This document shows, piece by piece, positions 17,220 to 26,010 of a DNA stretch of 32,910 nt; the stretch's first letter is position 1, and each line of letters opens with the position of its first letter. The DNA is from an uncultured Candidatus Saccharibacteria bacterium (GTDB lineage: Bacteria > Patescibacteriota > Saccharimonadia > Saccharimonadales > Saccharimonadaceae). Below the pieces are notes generated by a model. The model had not been told where the DNA came from and searched no databases. It saw only the letters and a list, made by a program, of their open reading frames with translations. Made by a program: the position numbers and the translations under genes. The stretch spans positions 1-32,910 of the forward strand of contig CAZHRI010000001.1 in the NCBI GenBank assembly GCA_964534725.1. The letters run 5' to 3'.

Positions 17220-18269
17220 GTGACGAGCTTATTTTATAAACCAAAACCAATTATTGGACTTGATTTTAGTAGAACAAGTCTGCGTGTAGTCTCTGTCGAC
17301 AGAGAAAAGATGCTTGTACATGGGTACGGAGCAGTTGATCTTGATCCTGCGAAAATTACTGATGATCTCGAAAAAAGCCACGACTACCTCACTGAGCGGA
17401 TTGACGACCTGTTTCGTAATAATATCGTCGGCAAGCTCAGCAGCGACCGTGCAATACTTGGCGTGCCAGCAGTACGAACGTTTGCGCGCACATTTACCAT
17501 GCCCGTGAATCAAGAGGCCAATATAGCCGATGCGGTCAACCTCGAGGTCGAACAATACATCCCCATGCCACTCGACAACCTTTACGTCGACTACCAGATT
17601 ATCACGCGAGACAAAAAAGAACTGACTGTGCTGATGTGCGCAGTGCCAAAAAGGTTTATTGATACGCTTCTGAAAGTTGTTCGCTCATCTGGTGTGGAAA
17701 TCGCGGTGATTGAACCTAGCGTCAATGCCATATCACGCCTGCTTGAGTATACAAAAGAGGGCGGCATGCCAACAGTCATGGTTGACATAGGACCAACAGG
17801 AACAGACATAGCGGTCTTCGACAAAGCCGTTCGGGTGACTGGTGGACTTGCGATTGGCGGAAACACCCTCACGCTCGATATTGCAAAAAAAATGGACATA
17901 CCGCTCGAAAACGCACACCAGCTGAAAGTCCTGAGCGGGCTCAGCTCTGGACCACGGCAGGCCAAATTAACAGCGGCACTCAACCCAAGCCTCATGCGTA
18001 TTGCCAACGAGATAAGAAAAGTCATCCGATTTTATACCGACAGGTCTCCAAATGAAGCGAAACTTGAACAGGTGCTCATTGTTGGTAGCGGCAGCAACGT
18101 ACCAGGACTTGGCGACTTCTTCACCAATGAACTCATCATGCCTGCTCGCGTTGCCAGCCCATGGCAGGCACTCAACTTTGGCGAGCTCACCCCACCGGCT
18201 AAGCAACTTCGACCTCGATTTATGACGGCCGCAGGACTGGCACTGGTCGACAACAAGGAGATTCATTGA
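17220..18269 (+). CDS. pilM: Type IV pilus alignment protein PilM
   Basis: IIGLDF, EQYIP, VDYQ, VDIG, GG..LT..IA, VGSGS and AAGLAL actin-like motifs; start GTG 17220. Confidence 0.92.
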   Translation: MTSLFYKPKPIIGLDFSRTSLRVVSVDREKMLVHGYGAVDLDPAKITDDLEKSHDYLTERIDDLFRNNIVGKLSSDRAILGVPAVRTFARTFTMPVNQEANIADAVNLEVEQYIPMPLDNLYVDYQIITRDKKELTVLMCAVPKRFIDTLLKVVRSSGVEIAVIEPSVNAISRLLEYTKEGGMPTVMVDIGPTGTDIAVFDKAVRVTGGLAIGGNTLTLDIAKKMDIPLENAHQLKVLSGLSSGPRQAKLTAALNPSLMRIANEIRKVIRFYTDRSPNEAKLEQVLIVGSGSNVPGLGDFFTNELIMPARVASPWQALNFGELTPPAKQLRPRFMTAAGLALVDNKEIH

Positions 18270-18817
18270 TGATTAACCTACTACCGCCGAACGATAAGCA
18301 ACAAATCAGGGCTGGCAAGTCAAATGTCCTGCTACTGCGTTACTGCATTGCTTCATTTTCACTGGCAATTCCGCTACTACTGCTGATCGTCAGTGTTTAT
18401 ATTATTATGGATAATTCAAAAAATACCGCACAGGCAATTATCCAGGAAGGTGAGGCGCGCAATGAAAGGCTCCGGCATGTTCAGCAGAATGCTCAAGAGT
18501 TCAGACAAAACCTATCCACCGCCAAGACCATCCTGGACAAGGAGGTGAAGTACTCAAGAGTAGCCGTCAGCATTGCCCAGGCCCTACCAAGCGACATCTA
18601 CATCCAGTCACTAAACTTAAGCCCCGAAACTTTTGGTCAACCAATTATACTAAGCGCCAGTGGCGATTCCTATCAGGATGCCGTCAGACTGAAGACCTCT
18701 CTTGAGAGATCTGAAGTATTCAGCAATGTGCACCTGATATCAGTCTCTCAGGCAGAAGGGGAGGCGGGTGGAGTCACTATATCGATTAGCGCTGTGTTAA
18801 ACCCGGAGATAGTATGA
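18269..18817 (+). CDS. pilN: PilN-like protein
   Basis: Conserved INLLP N-terminus, single TM, coiled coil and FSNV motif; TGATG overlap with pilM. Confidence 0.85.
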   Translation: MINLLPPNDKQQIRAGKSNVLLLRYCIASFSLAIPLLLLIVSVYIIMDNSKNTAQAIIQEGEARNERLRHVQQNAQEFRQNLSTAKTILDKEVKYSRVAVSIAQALPSDIYIQSLNLSPETFGQPIILSASGDSYQDAVRLKTSLERSEVFSNVHLISVSQAEGEAGGVTISISAVLNPEIV

Positions 18818-19470
18818 TAATGAGCAGAAAAACAAGAGGCAAACACCAGCTTACAGCCGTAAACATGCGATATATACTGGTTGGCGCCCTCATTGCCACG
18901 CTGATTGCGATGGGAGCAGGTGTTTATTTTGCATACTCGTTTCTGAGTGATGTGGCCGAAGAGGTTGCACAAGTTCAATCTAGAGCCGACTCTACTGATG
19001 CTGAGCTTCAGTACATTAACCAGTTGGAGCAAAAGCTGGAGCAATACTCTACGGCCCGCGAGCGAGCCAGCCAGATTGTCGCTCAATCTCAAAGCTATCG
19101 CTACCAAGACCAGGTAATTCAAGACCTAACCCAATATGCTAGCCGCGCCGGACTACAGATTTCTTCATTTAATTTCCAAAATACCGAATCAGCTGGAGCC
19201 GACACTGCAGCACCCCCGACCCCGACCACCCAAGGTGCACCCACCTCAACTCAGCCTGATGCCGCTGCAGCTCCAGCCAACAGCATCCAAAGCACCATGG
19301 TGTCAGTTCAGCTGAGCGAACCAATCCCCTACAGAAACCTGCTGCACTTTATCCATTTAATCGAGGAAAATCTCACCCGAATGCAGATTACTGAGCTATC
19401 ACTAGCACCTGGCGACTCTGGATCTACCGTAAGGACGCAAACTTTAAATATCGAGGTGTATCTACGATGA
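18814..19470 (+). CDS. PilO-like protein
   Basis: Single TM plus coiled coil, YRNLLHFIHLIEENLTRMQITEL segment, and position after pilN. Confidence 0.7.
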   Translation: MIMSRKTRGKHQLTAVNMRYILVGALIATLIAMGAGVYFAYSFLSDVAEEVAQVQSRADSTDAELQYINQLEQKLEQYSTARERASQIVAQSQSYRYQDQVIQDLTQYASRAGLQISSFNFQNTESAGADTAAPPTPTTQGAPTSTQPDAAAAPANSIQSTMVSVQLSEPIPYRNLLHFIHLIEENLTRMQITELSLAPGDSGSTVRTQTLNIEVYLR

Positions 19471-19748
19471 GCATTTCAGCGGGTCAAATTAGGCAGCTCT
19501 TCGGGGGTATACTGAATCGTTTTCATCTGTTAATATTTTGCCTGACAGTTATTATTGGTGTATCGATAGCCATCTTTATGTTTAGCCGGTTACTCTCCTC
19601 ATCAAGCGATCCGGACCTAACTCAAGCTCAAAGCATCAATTTTGACGAAGAGACTATTAAAAGAATTGAAAACTTTAACACCTCCACATCAAGCGAGGAC
19701 ACCTTCAGCTTGCCGCCTGGACGTATCAACCCACTAGTTTCCGAATAG
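19467..19748 (+). CDS. Small single-TM hypothetical protein in the PilP position
   Basis: 93 aa, one TM, C-terminal GRINP resembling the R.NPF motif of PilP-position proteins; ATGA overlap. Confidence 0.65.
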   Translation: MSISAGQIRQLFGGILNRFHLLIFCLTVIIGVSIAIFMFSRLLSSSSDPDLTQAQSINFDEETIKRIENFNTSTSSEDTFSLPPGRINPLVSE

Positions 19749-19777
19749 TTCTTGGGTGAGGTATAATCAAACTAGTT

Positions 19778-20359
19778 ATGCTTTTTCCTGCTGAACGATT
19801 TGATAACGCACCAGTCATGAGCCTACAGACTGGTTCTGAATTGGCTCGAACAGCTCGTGCCGTCATCAATCCACATAAGTTATCTGTCATCGCTTACGAG
19901 CTCGAGGGGCGATTGCTCGACCAGCACCCCAGCCTGCTACGCATTGCTGACATTCGAGAAATTGGGCCGCTTGGCATGATCATCGATTCAGTCGATGAGC
20001 TTATTGGGCTCAGTGACGTAATTAGTATCAAGGAGATATACGAATTAGGCTTTGAACTTGTCGGACTGCGAGTTATCGACGAACGTAAGCGATCGGTGGG
20101 ACGAGTTGCTGGTTATACCGTCGAAGCTGGAAATTTTGTGATTCAGCAAATTCGTGTCAAACGTCCGCTACTCAAAAGCTTTGGAGACACAGAGCTACTA
20201 ATCCACCGCTCACAAATAATCAAGCTCACCGATGATGTCATCATAGTGAAAGCACCAACGATTCGCCACAAAGAGCCAGTTGCCGAATCAGCGGGCCATG
20301 CGTTTGATAATCCTTTTCGAAAATCACCTCAACCAAGTGCAGAATCTTCAGACGTCTAG
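19778..20359 (+). CDS. Tandem PRC-barrel-like hypothetical protein
   Basis: Two PRC-like units (PVMSLQTG.EL; LVGLRVIDERKRSVGRV); own TATAAT upstream; converges with and overlaps recX. Confidence 0.7.
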   Translation: MLFPAERFDNAPVMSLQTGSELARTARAVINPHKLSVIAYELEGRLLDQHPSLLRIADIREIGPLGMIIDSVDELIGLSDVISIKEIYELGFELVGLRVIDERKRSVGRVAGYTVEAGNFVIQQIRVKRPLLKSFGDTELLIHRSQIIKLTDDVIIVKAPTIRHKEPVAESAGHAFDNPFRKSPQPSAESSDV

Positions 20360-21001
20360 GTCATTGTCGACCGCTCGTGTCACGTCGTCGTACGAGAAAC
20401 CTTGACGGACGAGATATTGAACTAGCTTTTGTTTATCTGGATAGCGGCTACGCTTTTTTGCTATAATTTTCATCAGTTCATCTTCATCATTTCGTGATGA
20501 CGCCTCAATCATATGTGCTACGATCTCCCTATCAACCCCTTTTTGAGATAGCTCGAGCTTCAAGCGACGCACGCTAACACCCTTTCGTACATGACGATTC
20601 TCCACCCAGAACCGTGTAAATGCCTCATCGTCTAGATATCCCTTATCCATGAGGCGCTCAAGTACTCTGTCGGCTATAGCCTGCGATACGCCCTCGCGCT
20701 CCTTTATCTCTCCAGTGCGAGATTTATAGCGCGTGGCGCGTGTTTTTCGCCACAGGTAGTCACGCATCTCCTTAACTGAGCGCGGACGGATCATCGTATA
20801 TTCAAGTGCTCGTCCGTAAAGTTTACCGAACTGACTCTCGGCCTCTAACTCGCTGACTCGATCCTCAGAGAGCTCCGTGCCAACTTTTAATCCCAGTTCG
20901 CTAACTTGAAATACATCGAGGCTAAAGCGATACTTTCCATCAATACTCACATTGACACGATTGGGATCGCGCGCCTGGACCGAGATGCTCGTTATTCTCA
21001 T
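20348..21001 (-). CDS. recX: Regulatory protein RecX
   Basis: RPRSVKEMRDYL, GYLDDEAF, ELSQKGV and YLVRQGFSY motifs; lies downstream of recA. Confidence 0.92.
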   Translation of the reverse strand: MRITSISVQARDPNRVNVSIDGKYRFSLDVFQVSELGLKVGTELSEDRVSELEAESQFGKLYGRALEYTMIRPRSVKEMRDYLWRKTRATRYKSRTGEIKEREGVSQAIADRVLERLMDKGYLDDEAFTRFWVENRHVRKGVSVRRLKLELSQKGVDREIVAHMIEASSRNDEDELMKIIAKKRSRYPDKQKLVQYLVRQGFSYDDVTRAVDNDLDV

Positions 21002-21534
21002 AGCGTGTCGAGATAATCAATCAATAAGGTAAAATACCCCCGACCTTGATTTATCATGTTATATCTGACAGGATTTGCTACACGAGATTTATAAGCGTCG
21101 AGCGGTATCCATTCTACGAGCTCCACCTCGCCGTCATCGAACTTTGGGGTAAAATCCATATCAATCTCGAGCGTATAAACATGATTGATTTCGTTTGGCG
21201 TCAAAGGTGTGCGTAACGAGAAGAGGTAGTGTAGGGTGTCCGCATTGATGTCGATACCAATTTCTTCCTTAGCCTCTCGTACGGCGGCACCTATTGGACT
21301 CTCGCCTCCATCAATATGGCCAGCGACTGAAACATCATAGTAACCAGGCCATGTGGCATTAGATGTAGCGCGCTTTTGGAGCAATACTTCAATACCGCTC
21401 TCACCACGTCGCCACAGCCACACATGCGAAGCCCCCGTGATCATACTCTCGTCTTCTGCGAACTCCTGACGGGTCGCCGAATAGTTTAATGAAGCTCCGT
21501 TCTCAGCATAGACCTGCCACGGCTCATTATGCAT
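20998..21534 (-). CDS. NUDIX hydrolase (IDI/YfcD-like)
   Basis: LLQKRA...WPGYYD and Nudix box GHIDGGESPIGAAVREAKEEIG. Confidence 0.88.
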   Translation of the reverse strand: MHNEPWQVYAENGASLNYSATRQEFAEDESMITGASHVWLWRRGESGIEVLLQKRATSNATWPGYYDVSVAGHIDGGESPIGAAVREAKEEIGIDINADTLHYLFSLRTPLTPNEINHVYTLEIDMDFTPKFDDGEVELVEWIPLDAYKSRVANPVRYNMINQGRGYFTLLIDYLDTL

Positions 21535-21540
21535 TTTCGT

Positions 21541-22581
21541 TTAGTTCCTCTCTTCAGCTATCTTGTCGCGAACCTTTTTGTCAATTGCTGCAAGCACTTT
21601 TGGATTCTCGCTCAAGTAGGTCTTTGTCTTATCGCGTCCCTGACCAATCGTTTCACCATTGTACTTATAAAATGCACCCGACTTCTCTACCACGCCATGC
21701 TGAGCAGCGAGGTCGAGAATGTCACCCAGATAAGAAATACCCTGGTTATACATGATGTCAAACTCTGCTACGCGGAACGGCGGTGCAATTTTATTTTTAA
21801 CCACCTTTACTTTGGTGCGGTTACCGATAATATCATCTCCGACCTTAATTTGGCCGATACGTCGAATATCGATACGCTGCGATGCGTAGAACTTGAGTGC
21901 ATTACCGCCGGTTGTCGTTTCAGGGTTGCCAAACATCACGCCAATCTTCATACGAATCTGGTTAATAAAGATGACTGTTGCCCTGGATTTATTAATGATA
22001 CCCGTCAGCTTGCGTAGTGCCTGGCTCATCAGTCGTGCTTGAAGACCCATGTGGCTATCGCCCATATCACCCTCAATCTCTGCCTGCGGAGTAAGCGCCG
22101 CAACTGAGTCAACGACGATGAGATCGACTGCGTTTGAGCGCACTAGGGTCTCGGTGATTTCAAGTGCTTGCTCGCCGTTATCTGGCTGAGAAACGAGAAG
22201 ATTATCAGTGTCAACTCCAAGCTTTCTTGCGTACGACGGATCAAGTGCATGCTCAGCATCAACAAACGCCGCAGTGCCACCCATCTTTTGAATTTCTGCA
22301 ATCGCGTGAAGTGTTAATGTTGTCTTACCGCTTGATTCTGGACCGTAGACCTCAATAATGCGCCCTTTCGGATAGCCGCCACCGAGTGCGATATCAAGGC
22401 TGATTGAGCCCGAAGGGATCACCTCAACATCTGCGTGATGAAACTCTCCGAGTTTCATGATTGCACCATCACCAAATTGCTTGGTGATTTGATCCATGGC
22501 TAGGCCAAGCGCCTTTAGTTTTCCGTCATCGACTTTTTTGTCATCTCCGCCTGCCGCCTGTTTTTTCTGCTTGTCAGCCAT
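21541..22581 (-). CDS. recA: Recombinase RecA
   Basis: [25 protein letters not shown] and [12 protein letters not shown] motifs; start ATG 22581 with SD GGGGG. Confidence 0.99.
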   Translation of the reverse strand: MADKQKKQAAGGDDKKVDDGKLKALGLAMDQITKQFGDGAIMKLGEFHHADVEVIPSGSISLDIALGGGYPKGRIIEVYGPESSGKTTLTLHAIAEIQKMGGTAAFVDAEHALDPSYARKLGVDTDNLLVSQPDNGEQALEITETLVRSNAVDLIVVDSVAALTPQAEIEGDMGDSHMGLQARLMSQALRKLTGIINKSRATVIFINQIRMKIGVMFGNPETTTGGNALKFYASQRIDIRRIGQIKVGDDIIGNRTKVKVVKNKIAPPFRVAEFDIMYNQGISYLGDILDLAAQHGVVEKSGAFYKYNGETIGQGRDKTKTYLSENPKVLAAIDKKVRDKIAEERN

Positions 22582-22647
22582 ACATTCCCCCTTTGACTTA
22601 TGTATCAATTATACAATTTATAGCAATAATTTGCTACAATGGAGACT

Positions 22648-23037
22648 ATGAGACGACAAGGGTTTACTGTTGTTGAACTAATCATTGTGATTGTCTTTCT
22701 GGTAGCTGCCGGTTTCGTTTTGATGTTTCAGGTGCAAAAAATTAACGCTGAGCACATCAATAGCCAAAAGAAGACCGCAATTAACGCGATTTACTATAGC
22801 CTCGAAGAGAGTTTTTACCCTGAGAATAAATTCTACCCAGAATACATCGAGCAAGATACGCTCAAGACCATGGATAGTGCCCTGCTAACTGCCCCAGATG
22901 GTACCGTGCTCGGCCAAACCGGCTCTACGTACCGCTATGAATCAAAAGATTGCCAGAGTGGCAAATGCAAGTCATACACTCTTCGCACCGCACTGTCAGG
23001 TGAAGCGGACTTTATCAAAGAAAGCCGCAATAACTAG
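22648..23037 (+). CDS. Type IV prepilin-like protein divergent from recA
   Basis: RQG|FTVVELIIVIVFL and C-terminal CQSGKC; start ATG 22648, 7 nt after TGcTACAAT. Confidence 0.85.
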   Translation: MRRQGFTVVELIIVIVFLVAAGFVLMFQVQKINAEHINSQKKTAINAIYYSLEESFYPENKFYPEYIEQDTLKTMDSALLTAPDGTVLGQTGSTYRYESKDCQSGKCKSYTLRTALSGEADFIKESRNN

Positions 23038-23042
23038 CGCCT

Positions 23043-23906
23043 CTAGTCGTTGTAGTACTCTACAGGTCGACCGTTCTTAAACGACTCAATTGCGTTATTG
23101 AGGATCGCAATTTGCTTTTTCGGGTTAGCTACATAGCGAAAGACATATGTCGTTTCTTGACCCTCCGTACTCAGACGAATCGTGCCATAGTCAAACAGCG
23201 TCTGGATGAGCCCTACCTGTCGAAAACTCGCATCCTCGATACTACCGAGGCTGACCGTTTGCTCACGTCGAGAGAACAGACTCTCCTGGACCTCTTGAAT
23301 AACACTCTCATTAGTCATAAAGAACTGATTTTGCAGATAGACCCACAGCGCAACCGCTCCCCCGAGTACAACTAGTGCCGAAAATAGCAGCGCAATACCA
23401 AACATCGCTACAGGTGAAGGCATTATACCATCCGCTGATAGGTCGTACATCGACGGATAGAACGAAGCGAACGCAAATATCGCAACAAGTAACGCCCCGG
23501 TGATAGCAATCGGAGTCAGCATACCAATAGGGTGGCGCTTGATGTCAAGAATGACAAACTCAGCCTCGCTAATATTCAGGTAAGGATAGCGCTCTTTTGA
23601 GGCTCGGTGGCGCTCCATGAGCTCCGGGCTCGCCTGAAATGGCGTGGGCTCGAGCGGACGAGTGGTGTGCATTAAGTCTGGCTCGTTGGCATATTGGGCG
23701 CGAATTTGAGGATTAAAATTCTGCCCTTCAAGCTTCTCAGGTTTCGAGGTGATATGAGATACGCTCTTTGCCGGGGCAGCAACTTGATCAGATGATGGAG
23801 CCGAAGACGGTGCTGGAGCTGGAATGGGCGGATGATAGTACAGTGGTCTGCCTTCTGGGTCGTAGGCGACTGGCTTCTGTGCGTTCTCCTGCTCCTCGGG
23901 ATTCAT
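23043..23906 (-). CDS. Membrane protein with bacterial PH (bPH_2-like) domain and Pro-rich N-terminus
   Basis: KRHP, two TM helices, FMTNE..I, and LFDYGTIRLSTEG...VANP; start reset to ATG 23906 (TGgTATAAT 7 nt upstream). Confidence 0.8.
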   Translation of the reverse strand: MNPEEQENAQKPVAYDPEGRPLYYHPPIPAPAPSSAPSSDQVAAPAKSVSHITSKPEKLEGQNFNPQIRAQYANEPDLMHTTRPLEPTPFQASPELMERHRASKERYPYLNISEAEFVILDIKRHPIGMLTPIAITGALLVAIFAFASFYPSMYDLSADGIMPSPVAMFGIALLFSALVVLGGAVALWVYLQNQFFMTNESVIQEVQESLFSRREQTVSLGSIEDASFRQVGLIQTLFDYGTIRLSTEGQETTYVFRYVANPKKQIAILNNAIESFKNGRPVEYYND

Positions 23907-23922
23907 ATCAGACATTATACCA

Positions 23923-24939
23923 TTATCTGTTTGTATCAAGAAGATGACGCTTAGCCCTATCGGTAACCTTGCGACCGCGTGGTGTCTTCTCGATAAAGCC
24001 GATCTGCAATAGGTATGGCTCATAGAAATCTTCGATCGTCGTTGCTTCGTCGCCAGTAAGGGCTGCTAGAGTAGTTAAGCCAACTGGGCTATCGCTATAA
24101 TTCTCAATCATGCGCATCAGCAAGTTACGGTCAGCCGGGTCGAGTCCCAGCTCATCAATCTCCAGCATAGCGAGCGCCTTTTTAGTAGTGATATCGTCTA
24201 TAATCCCGTCACCGTTCACGTCGGCGTAGTCTCTGACACGCTTAAGCAAGCGGTTGGCGATTCGTGGTGTCAATCGAGCCCTCGTCGACAGCAACTCAGC
24301 TGATGACGCCTCAATCTTTGACTCGAGTATATCGGCTGCTCGCTGAATAATCCTTGCAATTTCGTCATGAGTGTAAAATTCTAGTCGGAAAATATGACCA
24401 AACCTATCTCGAAGCGGAGCCGCCAAACTACCAGTTCGAGTGGTTGCGCCAATAATTGTAAATTTTGGCAGGTCAAGACGAATTGACCTCGCCGCTGGGC
24501 CCTTGCCAATGACAATGTCGAGCTTAAAGTCTTCCATTGCGCTATAGAGCACCTCTTCAACGGTCCTGCTGAGCCGATGAATCTCATCAATAAACAAGAT
24601 ATCTCCGTCCTGGAGATTAGTTAAAATACTCGCGAGATCGCCTGCTCGCTCAATAGCCGGACCCGAAGTCACCCGAAAACCCGCACCCATTTCGTTAGCA
24701 ATCACACTCGCCATCGTCGTCTTACCAAGCCCTGGGGGGCCGTACAGCAGTACGTGGTCGATCGGCTCTCCGCGCTTTTTTGCAGCATCAATTGCTAACT
24801 TCAGGTTAGTCTTAAGCCTCTCCTGTCCCACATACTCATCAAACCGTTGCGGCCTGAGGGTTACTTCAATAATTTGCTCGTCGGCATCATCCTGCGTCAC
24901 GGCGCCGACCACTCTGTCATCAATTCGCTCGATTGCCAT
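23923..24939 (-). CDS. ruvB: Holliday junction branch migration helicase RuvB
   Basis: [34 protein letters not shown] and TPRGR motifs. Confidence 0.99.
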   Translation of the reverse strand: MAIERIDDRVVGAVTQDDADEQIIEVTLRPQRFDEYVGQERLKTNLKLAIDAAKKRGEPIDHVLLYGPPGLGKTTMASVIANEMGAGFRVTSGPAIERAGDLASILTNLQDGDILFIDEIHRLSRTVEEVLYSAMEDFKLDIVIGKGPAARSIRLDLPKFTIIGATTRTGSLAAPLRDRFGHIFRLEFYTHDEIARIIQRAADILESKIEASSAELLSTRARLTPRIANRLLKRVRDYADVNGDGIIDDITTKKALAMLEIDELGLDPADRNLLMRMIENYSDSPVGLTTLAALTGDEATTIEDFYEPYLLQIGFIEKTPRGRKVTDRAKRHLLDTNR

Positions 24940-25514
24940 TAGCCCTTCAGCGCCTCCGTCACTCGCTTGCCAGTCGGCAACGATGGGTCAACGCCCTCAA
25001 GCGCCTTGGTCGCATCAGCGAGCGTATACCCCAGCGCTATCAAGGCCTCGAGCGCTTCATCATTAGTATTCAGCTCTGCCTGGACTGGATCGTCCTTGCG
25101 ACCATAGTGCGTCGGCAGGCCAACCTTATCGCTCAAGTCAATAACTACTCGTTCGGCAGTCTTCTTACCGACACCTGTAGCTTTTTGAACAAATGCACTA
25201 TCAGAGTTAGCGATGGCATTACGCACCGCCTCAGCCTCACTGAGCGACAGTATGGCCAGCGCAGCTTTTGGCCCGACACCCTGGACCGTGATCAGCAACT
25301 CAAACAGCTTCTTTGCGGCGAGACTAGAAAAGCCAAACAACTCCTGCGACTGTTCACGGACATGGTGATAGGTGTAGAGCTTCACTTTCGCGTCAAGCGT
25401 TATCCTGTCATAATCGCCGGCCGGAACAGCCACTTCGTAACCGACACCGCTCACATCAATAATGACCGACGAGTTAAACTTCTCTGCAACAACCCCAAAA
25501 ACATGCGCTATCAT
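24939..25514 (-). CDS. ruvA: Holliday junction binding protein RuvA
   Basis: [26 protein letters not shown] and EALIALGY motifs. Confidence 0.98.
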   Translation of the reverse strand: MIAHVFGVVAEKFNSSVIIDVSGVGYEVAVPAGDYDRITLDAKVKLYTYHHVREQSQELFGFSSLAAKKLFELLITVQGVGPKAALAILSLSEAEAVRNAIANSDSAFVQKATGVGKKTAERVVIDLSDKVGLPTHYGRKDDPVQAELNTNDEALEALIALGYTLADATKALEGVDPSLPTGKRVTEALKG

Positions 25515-25518
25515 ATAT

Positions 25519-25998
25519 CTATCTTACCCTATCCATCAGATAATGAGTAATGGCAGCCGCGAGTGCATCCGCAGCATCGTCAGGCTTTGGTATTGACTGG
25601 AGCCCCAACTGCAAACGCACCATTTCCTGCATCTGCTTCTTATCTGCACGTCCATAGCCCGTTAGAGTCTGTTTAATTTGCAGTGGTGTGTACTCCGCGA
25701 TAGGTAGACCATTCTGCGCGCCTGTCAGCATCGCTACTCCACGAGCATGCGACACTGAAATAGCGGTAGTAACATTCTGAGAGAAAAACAGCTTTTCAAT
25801 CGACATTACCTCTGGTTTTGTCTCGGCAATAATCTCATGGAGGCCGTCATAGATTTCCACCAACCGATCCTCGAGCGGCGTATGAGCCGGGGTCTTAATC
25901 ACCCCGGCAGTCACCATTCGCACTGGCTTGCCGGGCAACACCTCGACCACACCAAAGCCCAATATCCCCGTCCCGGGGTCTATCCCAATGATTCTCAT
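25519..25998 (-). CDS. ruvC: Crossover junction endodeoxyribonuclease RuvC
   Basis: IIGIDPG, IEKLFF, HARGV, YTPLQIK and DDAADALA motifs. Confidence 0.98.
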   Translation of the reverse strand: MRIIGIDPGTGILGFGVVEVLPGKPVRMVTAGVIKTPAHTPLEDRLVEIYDGLHEIIAETKPEVMSIEKLFFSQNVTTAISVSHARGVAMLTGAQNGLPIAEYTPLQIKQTLTGYGRADKKQMQEMVRLQLGLQSIPKPDDAADALAAAITHYLMDRVR

Positions 25999-26010
25999 GC
26001 TCTCAGTATA

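Noticed and set aside
24933-25550. Long antisense ORFs (205 aa opposite ruvA; similarly 10482-11126, 12327-12887, 3480-3935, 5733-6263, 30810-31379)
   Set aside because: They are shadows of well-supported genes on the opposite strand and have no recognisable motifs.
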